Below, in pieces: positions 6,857 to 15,035 of a stretch of 49,111 bases of DNA. This stretch comes from Caldilineales bacterium (GTDB lineage: Bacteria; Chloroflexota; Anaerolineae; J102). The position numbers and the translations under genes are program-made. The stretch is from positions 1-49,111 of the forward strand of contig JABWBG010000001.1 in assembly GCA_013360575.1 (NCBI GenBank), given 5' to 3'. The first letter of the stretch is position 1. Each line of letters opens with the position of its first letter. The notes below the pieces were generated by a model that saw only the letters and a list, made by a program, of their open reading frames with translations, made no database searches and was not told the origin of the DNA.

Positions 6857-7132
6857 TTTGACGCGGCGGAGATGATCGTGTAGGATAGCTACCAATGGTT
6901 GGGGCAAAAGGGTCGCACGCTCTTCATTGCCTCTCGTGTGTCGCACCAAAATATGATAATAGTGGTCGAAGCCGGTGTTCCTTCGTCTGTGCTCTGGACA
7001 GGCTTTGACACGCAACCCCAGAAATCTCAAAAAGCTTTGCGGCTTTGCAGCTTTGTGAGAGATAAAAAAGGGTAGGAAACTGTTACCTCCCCTGTAGTAA
7101 TAAATCACTTCATCCAGAAAGAGGAGCAATTT
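6857..7132 (-). pseudogene. Integron-integrase-like tyrosine recombinase remnant (5'-truncated, catalytic residues lost)
   Basis: The minus-strand translation is KLLLFLDEVIYYY...FLRFLGLRVKA..GFDHYYHILVRHTRGNEERATLLPQPLVAILHDHLRRVK. It aligns, largely without gaps, to IntI1 LPVVLTPDEVVRIL...[48 protein letters not shown] (from memory). The box-I Arg and the GKGxK Lys are substituted. The N-terminal ~110 codons are absent, and the ubiD-family start abuts at 7134. Confidence 0.55.
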
Positions 7133-7133
7133 C

Positions 7134-8537
7134 ATGAAAGACATGCGAGATTTCATTGCCGAGGCCGAAGCCGTTGGAGAACTAAAACGGATCAAAGCAG
7201 AAGTGGATTGGGACCTGGAGCTCAGTCACATCGCGAAGCTCAACGAAGAACAAAGCGGCCCGGCGTTGTTGTTCGAAAACGTGAAGGGGTACACCAGCCC
7301 GGTCATTTCCAGCGTTTGCACCACCACCAACCGCCTGGCCTTGATCATGGGCATGCCGAAAAATACCAGTCTGGTCGAATTGATGCGCGAATGGGTGAAG
7401 CGCACGGCCAAACAAATGCCCCCCCAGTGGGTGGACACCGCGCCCTGCAAGGAAAACATCCTCCACGGGGACGACGTCGATCTGCTCAAGTTCCCGGTTC
7501 CTAAATTCTTTCCTAAAGACGGCGGACGCTTTTTCGGCACCGCCGTTTTTGTTATCACCAAAGACCCCGACACCGGCTGGGTCAACCTGGGCACCTACCG
7601 GCTGCAAGTCCTGGGCAAAAACCTGTTGGGAACCCAGTTCATCAAGGGCAAACACGCCGACATCATGCTCAAGGCCTATGCGGCGCGCAAGGAAAAGATG
7701 CCCGTCGTCGCCGTCGTTGGCGCCGACCCGTTGATGTTCCTGATGGGCGCGGCGCGGCTGCCCGCGTTCGAGTCCGAATATGAGTTCGCCGGCGCCATTC
7801 GCGGCTTCCCCATCGAAATCGTCAAAGGCGAGACGGTGGACCTGCCGATTCCCGCCTCCGCCGAGATCGTGGTCGAGGGCGAGGTGGACCCGGAAGCCAC
7901 CCTGCCCGAAGGCCCGTTTGGGGAATACACCGGCTACTATTCCGGCATCGGCACCACCCCGCGCAACTTCATCAAGGTCAATTGCATCACCCACCGCACC
8001 AACCCCGTCTTCTGGATCAGCACGGTCGGGCGCGCCACCACCGACACGCACATGACCATGGCCCTGACCTACGGCGCCACGCTCTGGCAGGGGTTGGAAG
8101 CGATGCGCATTCCGGGCATCAAATCGGTCTACTGCCCGCCGGAGGGCGCGGGGCGCTTCTTGGCGGTGATCTCCGTCAAACAAATGTACCCCGGCCACGC
8201 CGCCCAGGTCGGCACCGCCGCCATCTCCACCGAGATGGGCGCGTACGGCTTGAAAACCGTCATCGTTGTCGATGAAGACATCGACGCCTGGGACTGGCCG
8301 CGCGTCCTGTGGGCCCTGTCCTTCCGCTTCAACCCCTCCCGCGCCGAATTCATCAAGCGCGGCCGTTCGACGCCGCTCGACCCCTCGCTGCCCATCGAAT
8401 CCCGCGACATCACCTCGCGGCTGATCATCGATGCGACCATCCCCTACGAGTGGAAAGAGAAACCCGTCCCGATCGAACTCGACAAAGCCATCGTCAAACA
8501 GGTGCAGTCCCGCTGGCAGGAACTCGGCCTGGAGTAA
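7134..8537 (+). CDS. UbiD-family prenyl-FMN-dependent (de)carboxylase
   Basis: 467 aa. The N-terminus MKDMRDFIAEAEAVGELKRIKAEVDWDLE...GPALLFENVKGY is the canonical UbiD-family opening. Full length. SD AGAGGAG. Confidence 0.9.
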   Translation: MKDMRDFIAEAEAVGELKRIKAEVDWDLELSHIAKLNEEQSGPALLFENVKGYTSPVISSVCTTTNRLALIMGMPKNTSLVELMREWVKRTAKQMPPQWVDTAPCKENILHGDDVDLLKFPVPKFFPKDGGRFFGTAVFVITKDPDTGWVNLGTYRLQVLGKNLLGTQFIKGKHADIMLKAYAARKEKMPVVAVVGADPLMFLMGAARLPAFESEYEFAGAIRGFPIEIVKGETVDLPIPASAEIVVEGEVDPEATLPEGPFGEYTGYYSGIGTTPRNFIKVNCITHRTNPVFWISTVGRATTDTHMTMALTYGATLWQGLEAMRIPGIKSVYCPPEGAGRFLAVISVKQMYPGHAAQVGTAAISTEMGAYGLKTVIVVDEDIDAWDWPRVLWALSFRFNPSRAEFIKRGRSTPLDPSLPIESRDITSRLIIDATIPYEWKEKPVPIELDKAIVKQVQSRWQELGLE

Positions 8538-8550
8538 TCTCCGCCGACAC

Positions 8551-8595
8551 GAGGCGGAAGAGGCCGCACAATCGGCCTCTTCCGCCTCCTTTTTT
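8551..8595 (+). terminator. Strong intrinsic terminator after the UbiD-family gene
   Basis: Perfect 16-bp stem GAGGCGGAAGAGGCCG / CGGCCTCTTCCGCCTC (8551-8566 / 8573-8588), 6-nt loop, then C-T6 (8590-8595). Confidence 0.8.
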
Positions 8596-8597
8596 AT

Positions 8598-9905
8598 GTG
8601 GAGGCCGTCGTGGCGATTTTCATCATCGGAATGGTGGACGAGCGCGAGGAAGCCCTTACGCTCCTGAAGGAAAAAATCGAGCGCCGCGGGCATCGGGTGG
8701 TGCTGGCGGATGTCAGCATCGGCACCGGCGCCATCGTCCCCGCCCTGAAACCGGACCTGACCCCGGCGGAAATCGCCCAGGCAGGGGGCAGCGACATCGA
8801 AACCGTGCGCGGCCTGCTGGCGAAAGAGCGCGACAAAGCCATCGGCGTCATGGGCGCGGGCATGGCCAACCTGGCGGCGGCGCGGTACGCGGCGGGCGAG
8901 TTGGAGGGCGTGATCGCCGTCGCCGGCATGACCGGCACCGTGCTTTCCCTCACGGTGATGCGCGCCCTGCCCTTCGGCCTGCCCAAAGTATTGATCTCCA
9001 GCGTCGCCGCCATGCCGGCCTACGCCGCTAAATTCGCCGAGTATTTCGGCGTCCGCGACATCACCGTCATGCACACCGTCACCGACACGGTGGGCATGAA
9101 CGCCCTCGTGCGCCGGCTGATGCTCAACGGCGCGGGGGCCGTCTGCGGGATGGTGGAGGCCGCCGAGCCGCCCGCCGCCGCGGACAAGCCGCTGATCGCC
9201 ATGACCGAGTTCGGCTTTTGCGACAAAGGCGCGGGCTACGTGCGGGCGCGCATCCAAGACCGCTTCAACATCGTCTCGTTCCACGCCACCGGCCTGGGCG
9301 ACCGCGCCGTCGAGGACCTGGTGGGGCAGGGCTTGTTCGATGCCTTCATCGATCTGGTGCCGGCCAATTATGGCGAATACCTGCTTGGCGGCAACCGCGC
9401 CGCCGCCCCCGACCGCCTGGAAGCCGCCTGCCGCCGCGGCGTCCCCTACATCCTTTCCCCCTGCGGCTTCGACATGCTTTCCTGCGGCCCCATCGAACGC
9501 CGAGACAAAGCCGACCCGCTGTGGGTTGCCCGCAAATTGGCCGACCGCGCCTTGTTCATCCAGGATGCGATGCGCGTGCAGGCGCGCACCAGCCGTGAGG
9601 AAGTGGTCGCCATCGCCGCGGCCGTGGCCGAGAAACTGAACCGGCACCCGCGCAAAGCCCTGGTCAAGTTCCTCCTCCCGCTCGAAGGCTTCTCCTCGCT
9701 CAGCGTCGCCGGCGGCCAGCTCTACGCCCCAGAAATCGACGCCGCCTTCGCCGCGGCCTTGCGCGCCCATCTCGACCCGGCCATCGAAACGATCGCGGTG
9801 GACGCGCACATCAACACCCCGGAATTCGGCCAGGCCGCGGCCGCCGCGCTGGAAGCGTGTTTGGCCCCTCCGATCCACCACTCCGCCCACCCGACTGACC
9901 CGTGA
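8598..9905 (+). CDS. Tm-1-like ATP-binding protein (UPF0261 family)
   Basis: 435 aa. The N-terminus IIGMVDEREEALTLLKEKIERRGHRVVLADVSIG and the overall length fit UPF0261/Tm-1-like proteins. The GTG start sits 2 nt after the terminator T-run, so start choice is uncertain (alternative GTG 8610). Confidence 0.7.
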   Translation: MEAVVAIFIIGMVDEREEALTLLKEKIERRGHRVVLADVSIGTGAIVPALKPDLTPAEIAQAGGSDIETVRGLLAKERDKAIGVMGAGMANLAAARYAAGELEGVIAVAGMTGTVLSLTVMRALPFGLPKVLISSVAAMPAYAAKFAEYFGVRDITVMHTVTDTVGMNALVRRLMLNGAGAVCGMVEAAEPPAAADKPLIAMTEFGFCDKGAGYVRARIQDRFNIVSFHATGLGDRAVEDLVGQGLFDAFIDLVPANYGEYLLGGNRAAAPDRLEAACRRGVPYILSPCGFDMLSCGPIERRDKADPLWVARKLADRALFIQDAMRVQARTSREEVVAIAAAVAEKLNRHPRKALVKFLLPLEGFSSLSVAGGQLYAPEIDAAFAAALRAHLDPAIETIAVDAHINTPEFGQAAAAALEACLAPPIHHSAHPTDP

Positions 9906-10618
9906 CGAACCCGACCTCCTCCCCGTCCGCCGCGCCGGCTTTCTCCGTCCTGCTCTTCGATTTCGAAGGGACGCTGGTGGATTTCCAGTGGAAACTGCCA
10001 GAGGCGGTGCAGGAAGCCCGCGGCGAATTGCGCCGTCTCGGCTTCCAGGCGATCTCGGAGGCAGCGGATTACGCCGGCATTTACAACCAAACCATGCAAA
10101 TGGCCGCACAATTTGGCCTGGATCCACACCACTTGACAGCGCGGCTGGGCGCCATCTACGACCGCTACGACCGGGACGCGGCCACGCGTTGGTCGGTGCG
10201 GCCGGGCGCCGCCGCCCTGCTGGCGCGGTGGCAGCAGATGCACGCCGCCCGCTTCGGCCTGGTCTCGAACATTGGCCGGCGCGCGCTGGACGAAGCTCTG
10301 CCCCGCCTGGGCCTGGCCGGGTTGTTCGATGTGATTATTTCCCGCAACGAAGTGACCCTGCTCAAACCTTTCGGCGAGGGCCTCCGCCGCGCCATGCGCG
10401 GTCTCAGCGCCGCCCCGGCGCGCACCCTGTTCGTCGGCGACAGCGTTACCGATATTTTGGCCGCCAAAGATGCCGGCATCCCAGCCGCGATCATCCAGGG
10501 GGGAGAAAGCCCCTCCGCCGCCTTGGCCGCGGCAGGCCCTGCTTATTTATGGAAATCTATTGCCGACCTCGAAACTTGCCTCGACGGAGGTGCCGCCATC
10601 AGCCCATTAACAAACTAA
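9902..10618 (+). CDS. HAD-superfamily hydrolase with atypical motif I (DxE)
   Basis: 238 aa. Motif I is LLFDFEGTL (D-F-E instead of DxD), motif II is LVSN, and motif IV is FVGDSVTDILAAKDAG. GTGA start/stop overlap with the upstream gene. Confidence 0.8.
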   Translation: MTNPTSSPSAAPAFSVLLFDFEGTLVDFQWKLPEAVQEARGELRRLGFQAISEAADYAGIYNQTMQMAAQFGLDPHHLTARLGAIYDRYDRDAATRWSVRPGAAALLARWQQMHAARFGLVSNIGRRALDEALPRLGLAGLFDVIISRNEVTLLKPFGEGLRRAMRGLSAAPARTLFVGDSVTDILAAKDAGIPAAIIQGGESPSAALAAAGPAYLWKSIADLETCLDGGAAISPLTN

Positions 10619-10708
10619 CGCCTTTCTGTGTCTGCTGAACGCCTCGTGACCGTGGCCGCGTTGCGCATCCCAACCGCTTTCACCTACACACATTCAAGGA
10701 GAACGAAG

Positions 10709-12550
10709 ATGTCCCAAAAACGCTTTCCCTACGCCTGGGAAGTAAAAGTACCGAAGGAAATGGAAGGATGGGAGGAAATGTATCCAGACCATCGCCTGTT
10801 CACTTCGGACCGGCAGGACTGGGATCAAGATCAATTCTGGTACACCGATAAGATTCACGCCCCGGATCCCATGGTTCCGCTCGATGAAGTTTTTCATCAG
10901 GCATGGCAGATTGCCCTCTCCCAGCACACCACCCGCATTTTCTGCATCCCGCCTGCCCAGGGCATCGCCCACCGGATGCTGGGCTGCTACCTGTACATCA
11001 CCGCCATCGCCCCCCCGCCCTTAGAAATCATCCAGGCCAAGGCGGAAAAGTTCGGGCAGCGCACTTTTCCCGTGTTTGGACATTATGAAGAATTGTGGGG
11101 TCAATGGCGGACACGCCAGCAAGAACTTGGCCGGGAATTGCAGGCGGTCAAGGTGCCCAAAGAACTGCCGCAGTTCGTGCCCGATTTCGACTCGGCCACC
11201 ACGCTGCCGGCCATCGGCCCGGCGCAGGAACTGATCGAGGCTTTCAACCACGCCGTCAACATCATTTATCGAGGCTGGCAGTATCACTTCACCTACCTCA
11301 ACCTCTCCTACCTCGCCTATTTGATGTTTGCCGATGTGGCCCGCAAACTCTTTCCGGGCATCAGCGAAAGCGCGATTGGAAAAATGGTCGCCGGCGCCGA
11401 TGTTTCGATGTTCCGCCCCGAAGAGGAACTTTGCCGCCTGGCGCGCCTGGCCCACACCCGCGAGCGCGTCGCCAACATCCTCAAGGCCGACCGCTCCGCC
11501 AACGCCAAAATCGAGAGCCTGCGCGAGTTCGAAGACGGCCGCATGTGGCTGGAGAGCCTGAGCGAAGTCAAGGATCCCTGGTTCATGGTTTCCTGCGGCA
11601 GCGGCTGGTTCCACTACGAAGGCAGTTGGATTGACAAACTCGACGTGCCGTTCAGCTACCTCAAAGGCTATCTCGAACGCCTGGACCGCGGCGAGCGCAT
11701 CGAGCGTTCGCTGTCCGCGATCACCGACGCGCGCGACGCCATCATTGCCGAATACCGCGGCCTGATCAAATCGGACGAAGACCGCAAGACCTTCGAGGAC
11801 GCCTACAACAACACCCGCACCATCTACCGCTACGCGGAAGACCACCTGTTCTGGGTCGAACATTGGTTCCACACCATCTGGTTCGAGAAAATGCGCGAGT
11901 TCGGACGCTTGTTCGTCAAGCAAGGGGTGCTGAAAGAGACGGACGATTTCTTCATGTTCAACCGCCTCGAAATCCCCTCGCTGATCGAAGATGTCGCCAC
12001 CTCCTGGGCATTGGGCGAGAACATCCCGACGATGAAGTGGGCTGAAAAGGCTGAAAAACGCAAGAAAATCCTGGCTGCCGCCGCCCAGTGGTCGCCGCCG
12101 CCCGCCCTCGGCGTCCCGCCGGAAGTGGTCGCCGAGCCGTTCACCGTCATGCTCTGGGGCGTGACGACCGAACGCGTCACCGAGTGGCTGGAAGGTGCAT
12201 CCGGCCAGGCCGGCAGCGCCGACGAACTGAAGGGCTTCGCCTCTTCCGCCGGCGTGGTCGAGGGCAAAGCCCGCGTGCTCAAACGACTGGAAGACATCGT
12301 CACCCTGGAACAGGACGACATCATGGTCGTGCCGAACACCAACCCCGCCTGGGCGCCGATCTTCTCCAAGATCAAAGCCGCCGTCACCGACATCGGCGGC
12401 ATCACCTCCCACGCCGCCATCGTCTGCCGCGAGTACGGCGTGCCTTCGGTCACCGGCACCGGCTCGGCGACGACCGCCATCAAGACCGGGGACTGGGTCA
12501 AGGTGGACGGCGACCGGGGCCTCGTCACGATCGTGAAACGCGCCGAGTAG
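10709..12550 (+). CDS. PEP-utilising-enzyme mobile-domain protein, phenylphosphate-synthase alpha-type architecture
   Basis: 613 aa from ATG 10709, with SD AAGGAG 7 nt upstream. The C-terminal swivelling domain carries the phospho-histidine motif GGITSHAAIVCREYGVP. The long N-terminal region has no ATP-grasp domain. Confidence 0.7.
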   Translation: MSQKRFPYAWEVKVPKEMEGWEEMYPDHRLFTSDRQDWDQDQFWYTDKIHAPDPMVPLDEVFHQAWQIALSQHTTRIFCIPPAQGIAHRMLGCYLYITAIAPPPLEIIQAKAEKFGQRTFPVFGHYEELWGQWRTRQQELGRELQAVKVPKELPQFVPDFDSATTLPAIGPAQELIEAFNHAVNIIYRGWQYHFTYLNLSYLAYLMFADVARKLFPGISESAIGKMVAGADVSMFRPEEELCRLARLAHTRERVANILKADRSANAKIESLREFEDGRMWLESLSEVKDPWFMVSCGSGWFHYEGSWIDKLDVPFSYLKGYLERLDRGERIERSLSAITDARDAIIAEYRGLIKSDEDRKTFEDAYNNTRTIYRYAEDHLFWVEHWFHTIWFEKMREFGRLFVKQGVLKETDDFFMFNRLEIPSLIEDVATSWALGENIPTMKWAEKAEKRKKILAAAAQWSPPPALGVPPEVVAEPFTVMLWGVTTERVTEWLEGASGQAGSADELKGFASSAGVVEGKARVLKRLEDIVTLEQDDIMVVPNTNPAWAPIFSKIKAAVTDIGGITSHAAIVCREYGVPSVTGTGSATTAIKTGDWVKVDGDRGLVTIVKRAE

Positions 12551-12580
12551 CAGGTCTTCCCGGCGCGCCGGGTACATTCG

Positions 12581-12607
12581 AGGGGCGGCCTTCACGGCCG
12601 CCCCTTT
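12581..12607 (+). terminator. Terminator-like hairpin between the two kinase subunits (weak U-tract)
   Basis: AGGGGCGGCC-TTCAC-GGCCGCCCCT forms a 10-bp stem followed by only TTT. It could attenuate transcription or stabilise the RNA rather than terminate fully. Confidence 0.35.
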
Positions 12608-12631
12608 CGCCATTGCTAAAAAGAGGTCCCC

Positions 12632-13699
12632 ATGGTCTGCATCATTGGGTTCGAAGAACTCGATAAATCATCCCTGCCCATCGTCGGAGGCAAGAACGCC
12701 AGCCTGGGCGAATTGCTGCGGGCCGGCATCCGCGTCCCGCCGGGATTCGCAATCACCACCGATAGTTACCGCGAATTCGTCGCCGCCGCGGGCATCGGCA
12801 ATGAAATCAACCGCCTGCTGGACGAAGTCGAACCTGACGAGGTGCCCTCGCTCGATCGCACCAGCGCGGCGATTCAAGCCTTGATCCTCGAAGCGGAAAT
12901 GCCCGCCCACATCGCCGCCAACATCGAGCAGCACTATCAGGCCTTGTGCGCCCGCTGCCACACGGAAAACCTGCCCGTGGCCGTGCGCTCCAGCGCCACG
13001 GCAGAGGACCTGCCCGACGCCAGTTTCGCCGGCCAGCAGGACACCTACCTCTGGGTGCGCGGCCTGGCTGAAGTCCTGCACCGGGCGCAAAACTGCTGGG
13101 CGAGCCTGTTCACCGCCCGCGCCATCGGCTACCGCGCCCGGCTCAACTTCCCGCCCGACAAGGTGCTGATCAGCGTCGGCGTGCAAAAAATGGTCAATTC
13201 GCGCACCTCCGGCGTCATGTTCACCCTCAACCCCGTCAACGGCGACCACTCGAAGGTGGTGGTGGAAAGCAGTTGGGGCTTCGGAGAGGCAGTCGTCTCC
13301 GGCGCGGTTACGCCGGACCGCTTCGTGGTGGATAAAGTCGTGCGGGAAGTGAACGAACGCGTCATCTCGGCCAAGGCCATCGAGTGCGTCTATCTGCCCG
13401 GCGACGGCGTCGTCCATAACGACGTCCCCCCCGAACGGCAAGCCCAGCCCTCGCTGCACGACAACGAATTGCAGGAACTGGTCACGATCGCCAAACGCAT
13501 CGAAGCGCATTACGGCTGCCCGATGGATATCGAATGGGCCATCGATCACGATCTGCCTTTCCCGGAGAACGTTTTCATCGTCCAGAGCCGGCCGGAAACG
13601 GTGTGGAGCCAGCGCAAACAGGATCACTTGCTCGGCCAAAAGAGCAGTTATCAACTCCTGATGGAAAAAGCCCTCAGCCAGATCCAGGTCAAACGCTGA
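12632..13699 (+). CDS. Stand-alone PEP-synthase/PPDK N-terminal ATP-grasp protein, phenylphosphate-synthase beta-type architecture
   Basis: 355 aa. LPIVGGKNASLGEL and SSATAEDLPDASFAGQQDTYL are the conserved PPDK_N nucleotide-binding motifs. There is no swivel or PEP-binding domain. Confidence 0.75.
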   Translation: MVCIIGFEELDKSSLPIVGGKNASLGELLRAGIRVPPGFAITTDSYREFVAAAGIGNEINRLLDEVEPDEVPSLDRTSAAIQALILEAEMPAHIAANIEQHYQALCARCHTENLPVAVRSSATAEDLPDASFAGQQDTYLWVRGLAEVLHRAQNCWASLFTARAIGYRARLNFPPDKVLISVGVQKMVNSRTSGVMFTLNPVNGDHSKVVVESSWGFGEAVVSGAVTPDRFVVDKVVREVNERVISAKAIECVYLPGDGVVHNDVPPERQAQPSLHDNELQELVTIAKRIEAHYGCPMDIEWAIDHDLPFPENVFIVQSRPETVWSQRKQDHLLGQKSSYQLLMEKALSQIQVKR

Positions 13700-13718
13700 G
13701 CGGCCGGGCGGAGGATCG

Positions 13719-14225
13719 ATGGCGCACCGATATTGTCTGAACTGCGGCCAGCCGCTGGCGATTGGCTTCGTCGAGGGGCGCGAGCGCGCACACTGCCCCG
13801 CCTGTGGGTTCATCCTCTATCATAACCCGGCGCCGGTGGCGATGGCGGTGGTGGAGTACGAGGGGAAATTCCTGCTCGTGCATCGCACGATTCCCCCGCT
13901 GCAACAGTATTGGGCCCCGCCCGCCGGGCACGTCGAGTTGGGCGAGTCCGTGCCCCAGGCCGCGGTGCGCGAGGCGAAAGAAGAAACCGGCGTGGATGTC
14001 GAACTCGGCGAACTGATCGGGGTCTATTCACATCCCGAAGTGCGGGTGGTGTTGATCGTCTACCGCGCCCGCGCCGTGGGCGGACGGCCCCAGGCCGGCG
14101 ACGACGCCGGCGACGTGGGCCTGTTCGAGCGCATGCCCGATCAGCCCCCGCCCGACCCCGCCGCCGCCACCCCCACCGATCTCTGGTTCTATCAATTCTT
14201 GCAGACCCTGAAGGAGCTCCCCTGA
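13719..14225 (+). CDS. Nudix hydrolase with N-terminal CxxC...CxxC zinc ribbon
   Basis: CLNCG..x14..CPACG is followed by the Nudix box GHVELGESVPQAAVREAKEETGV. Confidence 0.85.
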   Translation: MAHRYCLNCGQPLAIGFVEGRERAHCPACGFILYHNPAPVAMAVVEYEGKFLLVHRTIPPLQQYWAPPAGHVELGESVPQAAVREAKEETGVDVELGELIGVYSHPEVRVVLIVYRARAVGGRPQAGDDAGDVGLFERMPDQPPPDPAAATPTDLWFYQFLQTLKELP

Positions 14226-14340
14226 AGATGCGACCCGTCATCGGCATGTCCGGCGCCTGCCGCGCCCTGTACGGCATTCGGCTGCGCGAGGTCAAAGGCG
14301 CCGCAACCTGGACAGGCCCCACGCCACACCGGAGCGCAGC

Positions 14341-15033
14341 ATGAGCGCGACGATTTACTTCGTGCGCCACGGCGAGGTGGAACATCACCGCGCCGATGTG
14401 GGGCTGACCGAGACCGGCCAGGCCCAGGCCCGCCGCGCCGCGGACGCGCTGGCGGCGGGCTTCCGGCCCGGCGAACCGCTTGTCATCGCCCACGCGCCGA
14501 CGCAGCGCACCTATGAAACCGCCGCCGCCATCCACAGCCGCCTGGCCGCCCACTTCCCCCTGCCCCCGCCTCAGCCAGACGAGGCGCTGGCGAACGTGCG
14601 CTTCATCCTGCACACGAACGGCTCCGCGCACCTGGCCGAGCCGTCGCTGACCTACGCCCACTTCGCCCCCGGCTCAGCCTACCTGGACAGCCAGCCGCCC
14701 GCCCGCGCCGCTTTCTTTCGCAATTTCTGGACCAGCCGCGACCCGATGGGCTACTGGCTGGCGACCCCCAGCGCGGGCGGGGCGGAACTGCCGGAGGCCG
14801 TCCTCCACCGTCTTCTGACGCGGGCGCGGGAGATTTTCGCGGCCCCGGCAGCCGACCCCTCTCATCATATTCTCGTCACGCACTCCGGCGCGCTGCGCGT
14901 GTTGCTGCGCCACGCTTTCGGCCACGACCCCGGCGAGCCGGATTTTTGCGGAATCGTCACCCTGGCCGCCGCCGCCCAACCCCGCCGCGCCCGCCTTTCC
15001 TACCGCCATGCCGCCGCCGAGGTCGAAATTTAG
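14341..15033 (+). CDS. Histidine phosphatase (phosphoglycerate-mutase-like) family protein
   Basis: 230 aa. N-terminal IYFVRHGE (RHG catalytic motif) and a late THSGALR motif. Confidence 0.8.
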   Translation: MSATIYFVRHGEVEHHRADVGLTETGQAQARRAADALAAGFRPGEPLVIAHAPTQRTYETAAAIHSRLAAHFPLPPPQPDEALANVRFILHTNGSAHLAEPSLTYAHFAPGSAYLDSQPPARAAFFRNFWTSRDPMGYWLATPSAGGAELPEAVLHRLLTRAREIFAAPAADPSHHILVTHSGALRVLLRHAFGHDPGEPDFCGIVTLAAAAQPRRARLSYRHAAAEVEI

Positions 15034-15035
15034 CC

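Noticed and set aside
7182-10127. 981-aa ORF on the minus strand, and similar long antisense ORFs at 11021-12613, 12668-13813, 15030-16316, 16948-18168, 32011-33240, 33437-35677, 34713-36095, 42509-43975 and 44956-46404.
   Set aside because: They lie antisense to genes with clear family signatures. They have Arg/Gly/Ala/Pro-dominated low-complexity composition and no recognisable motifs. This is the usual stop-codon-poor artefact of high-GC DNA.
14227-14343. 38-codon ORF in the gap between the Nudix and histidine-phosphatase genes.
   Set aside because: No SD, Arg/Ala/Gly-rich, and in the frame of a spurious long ORF. It is treated as non-coding spacer.
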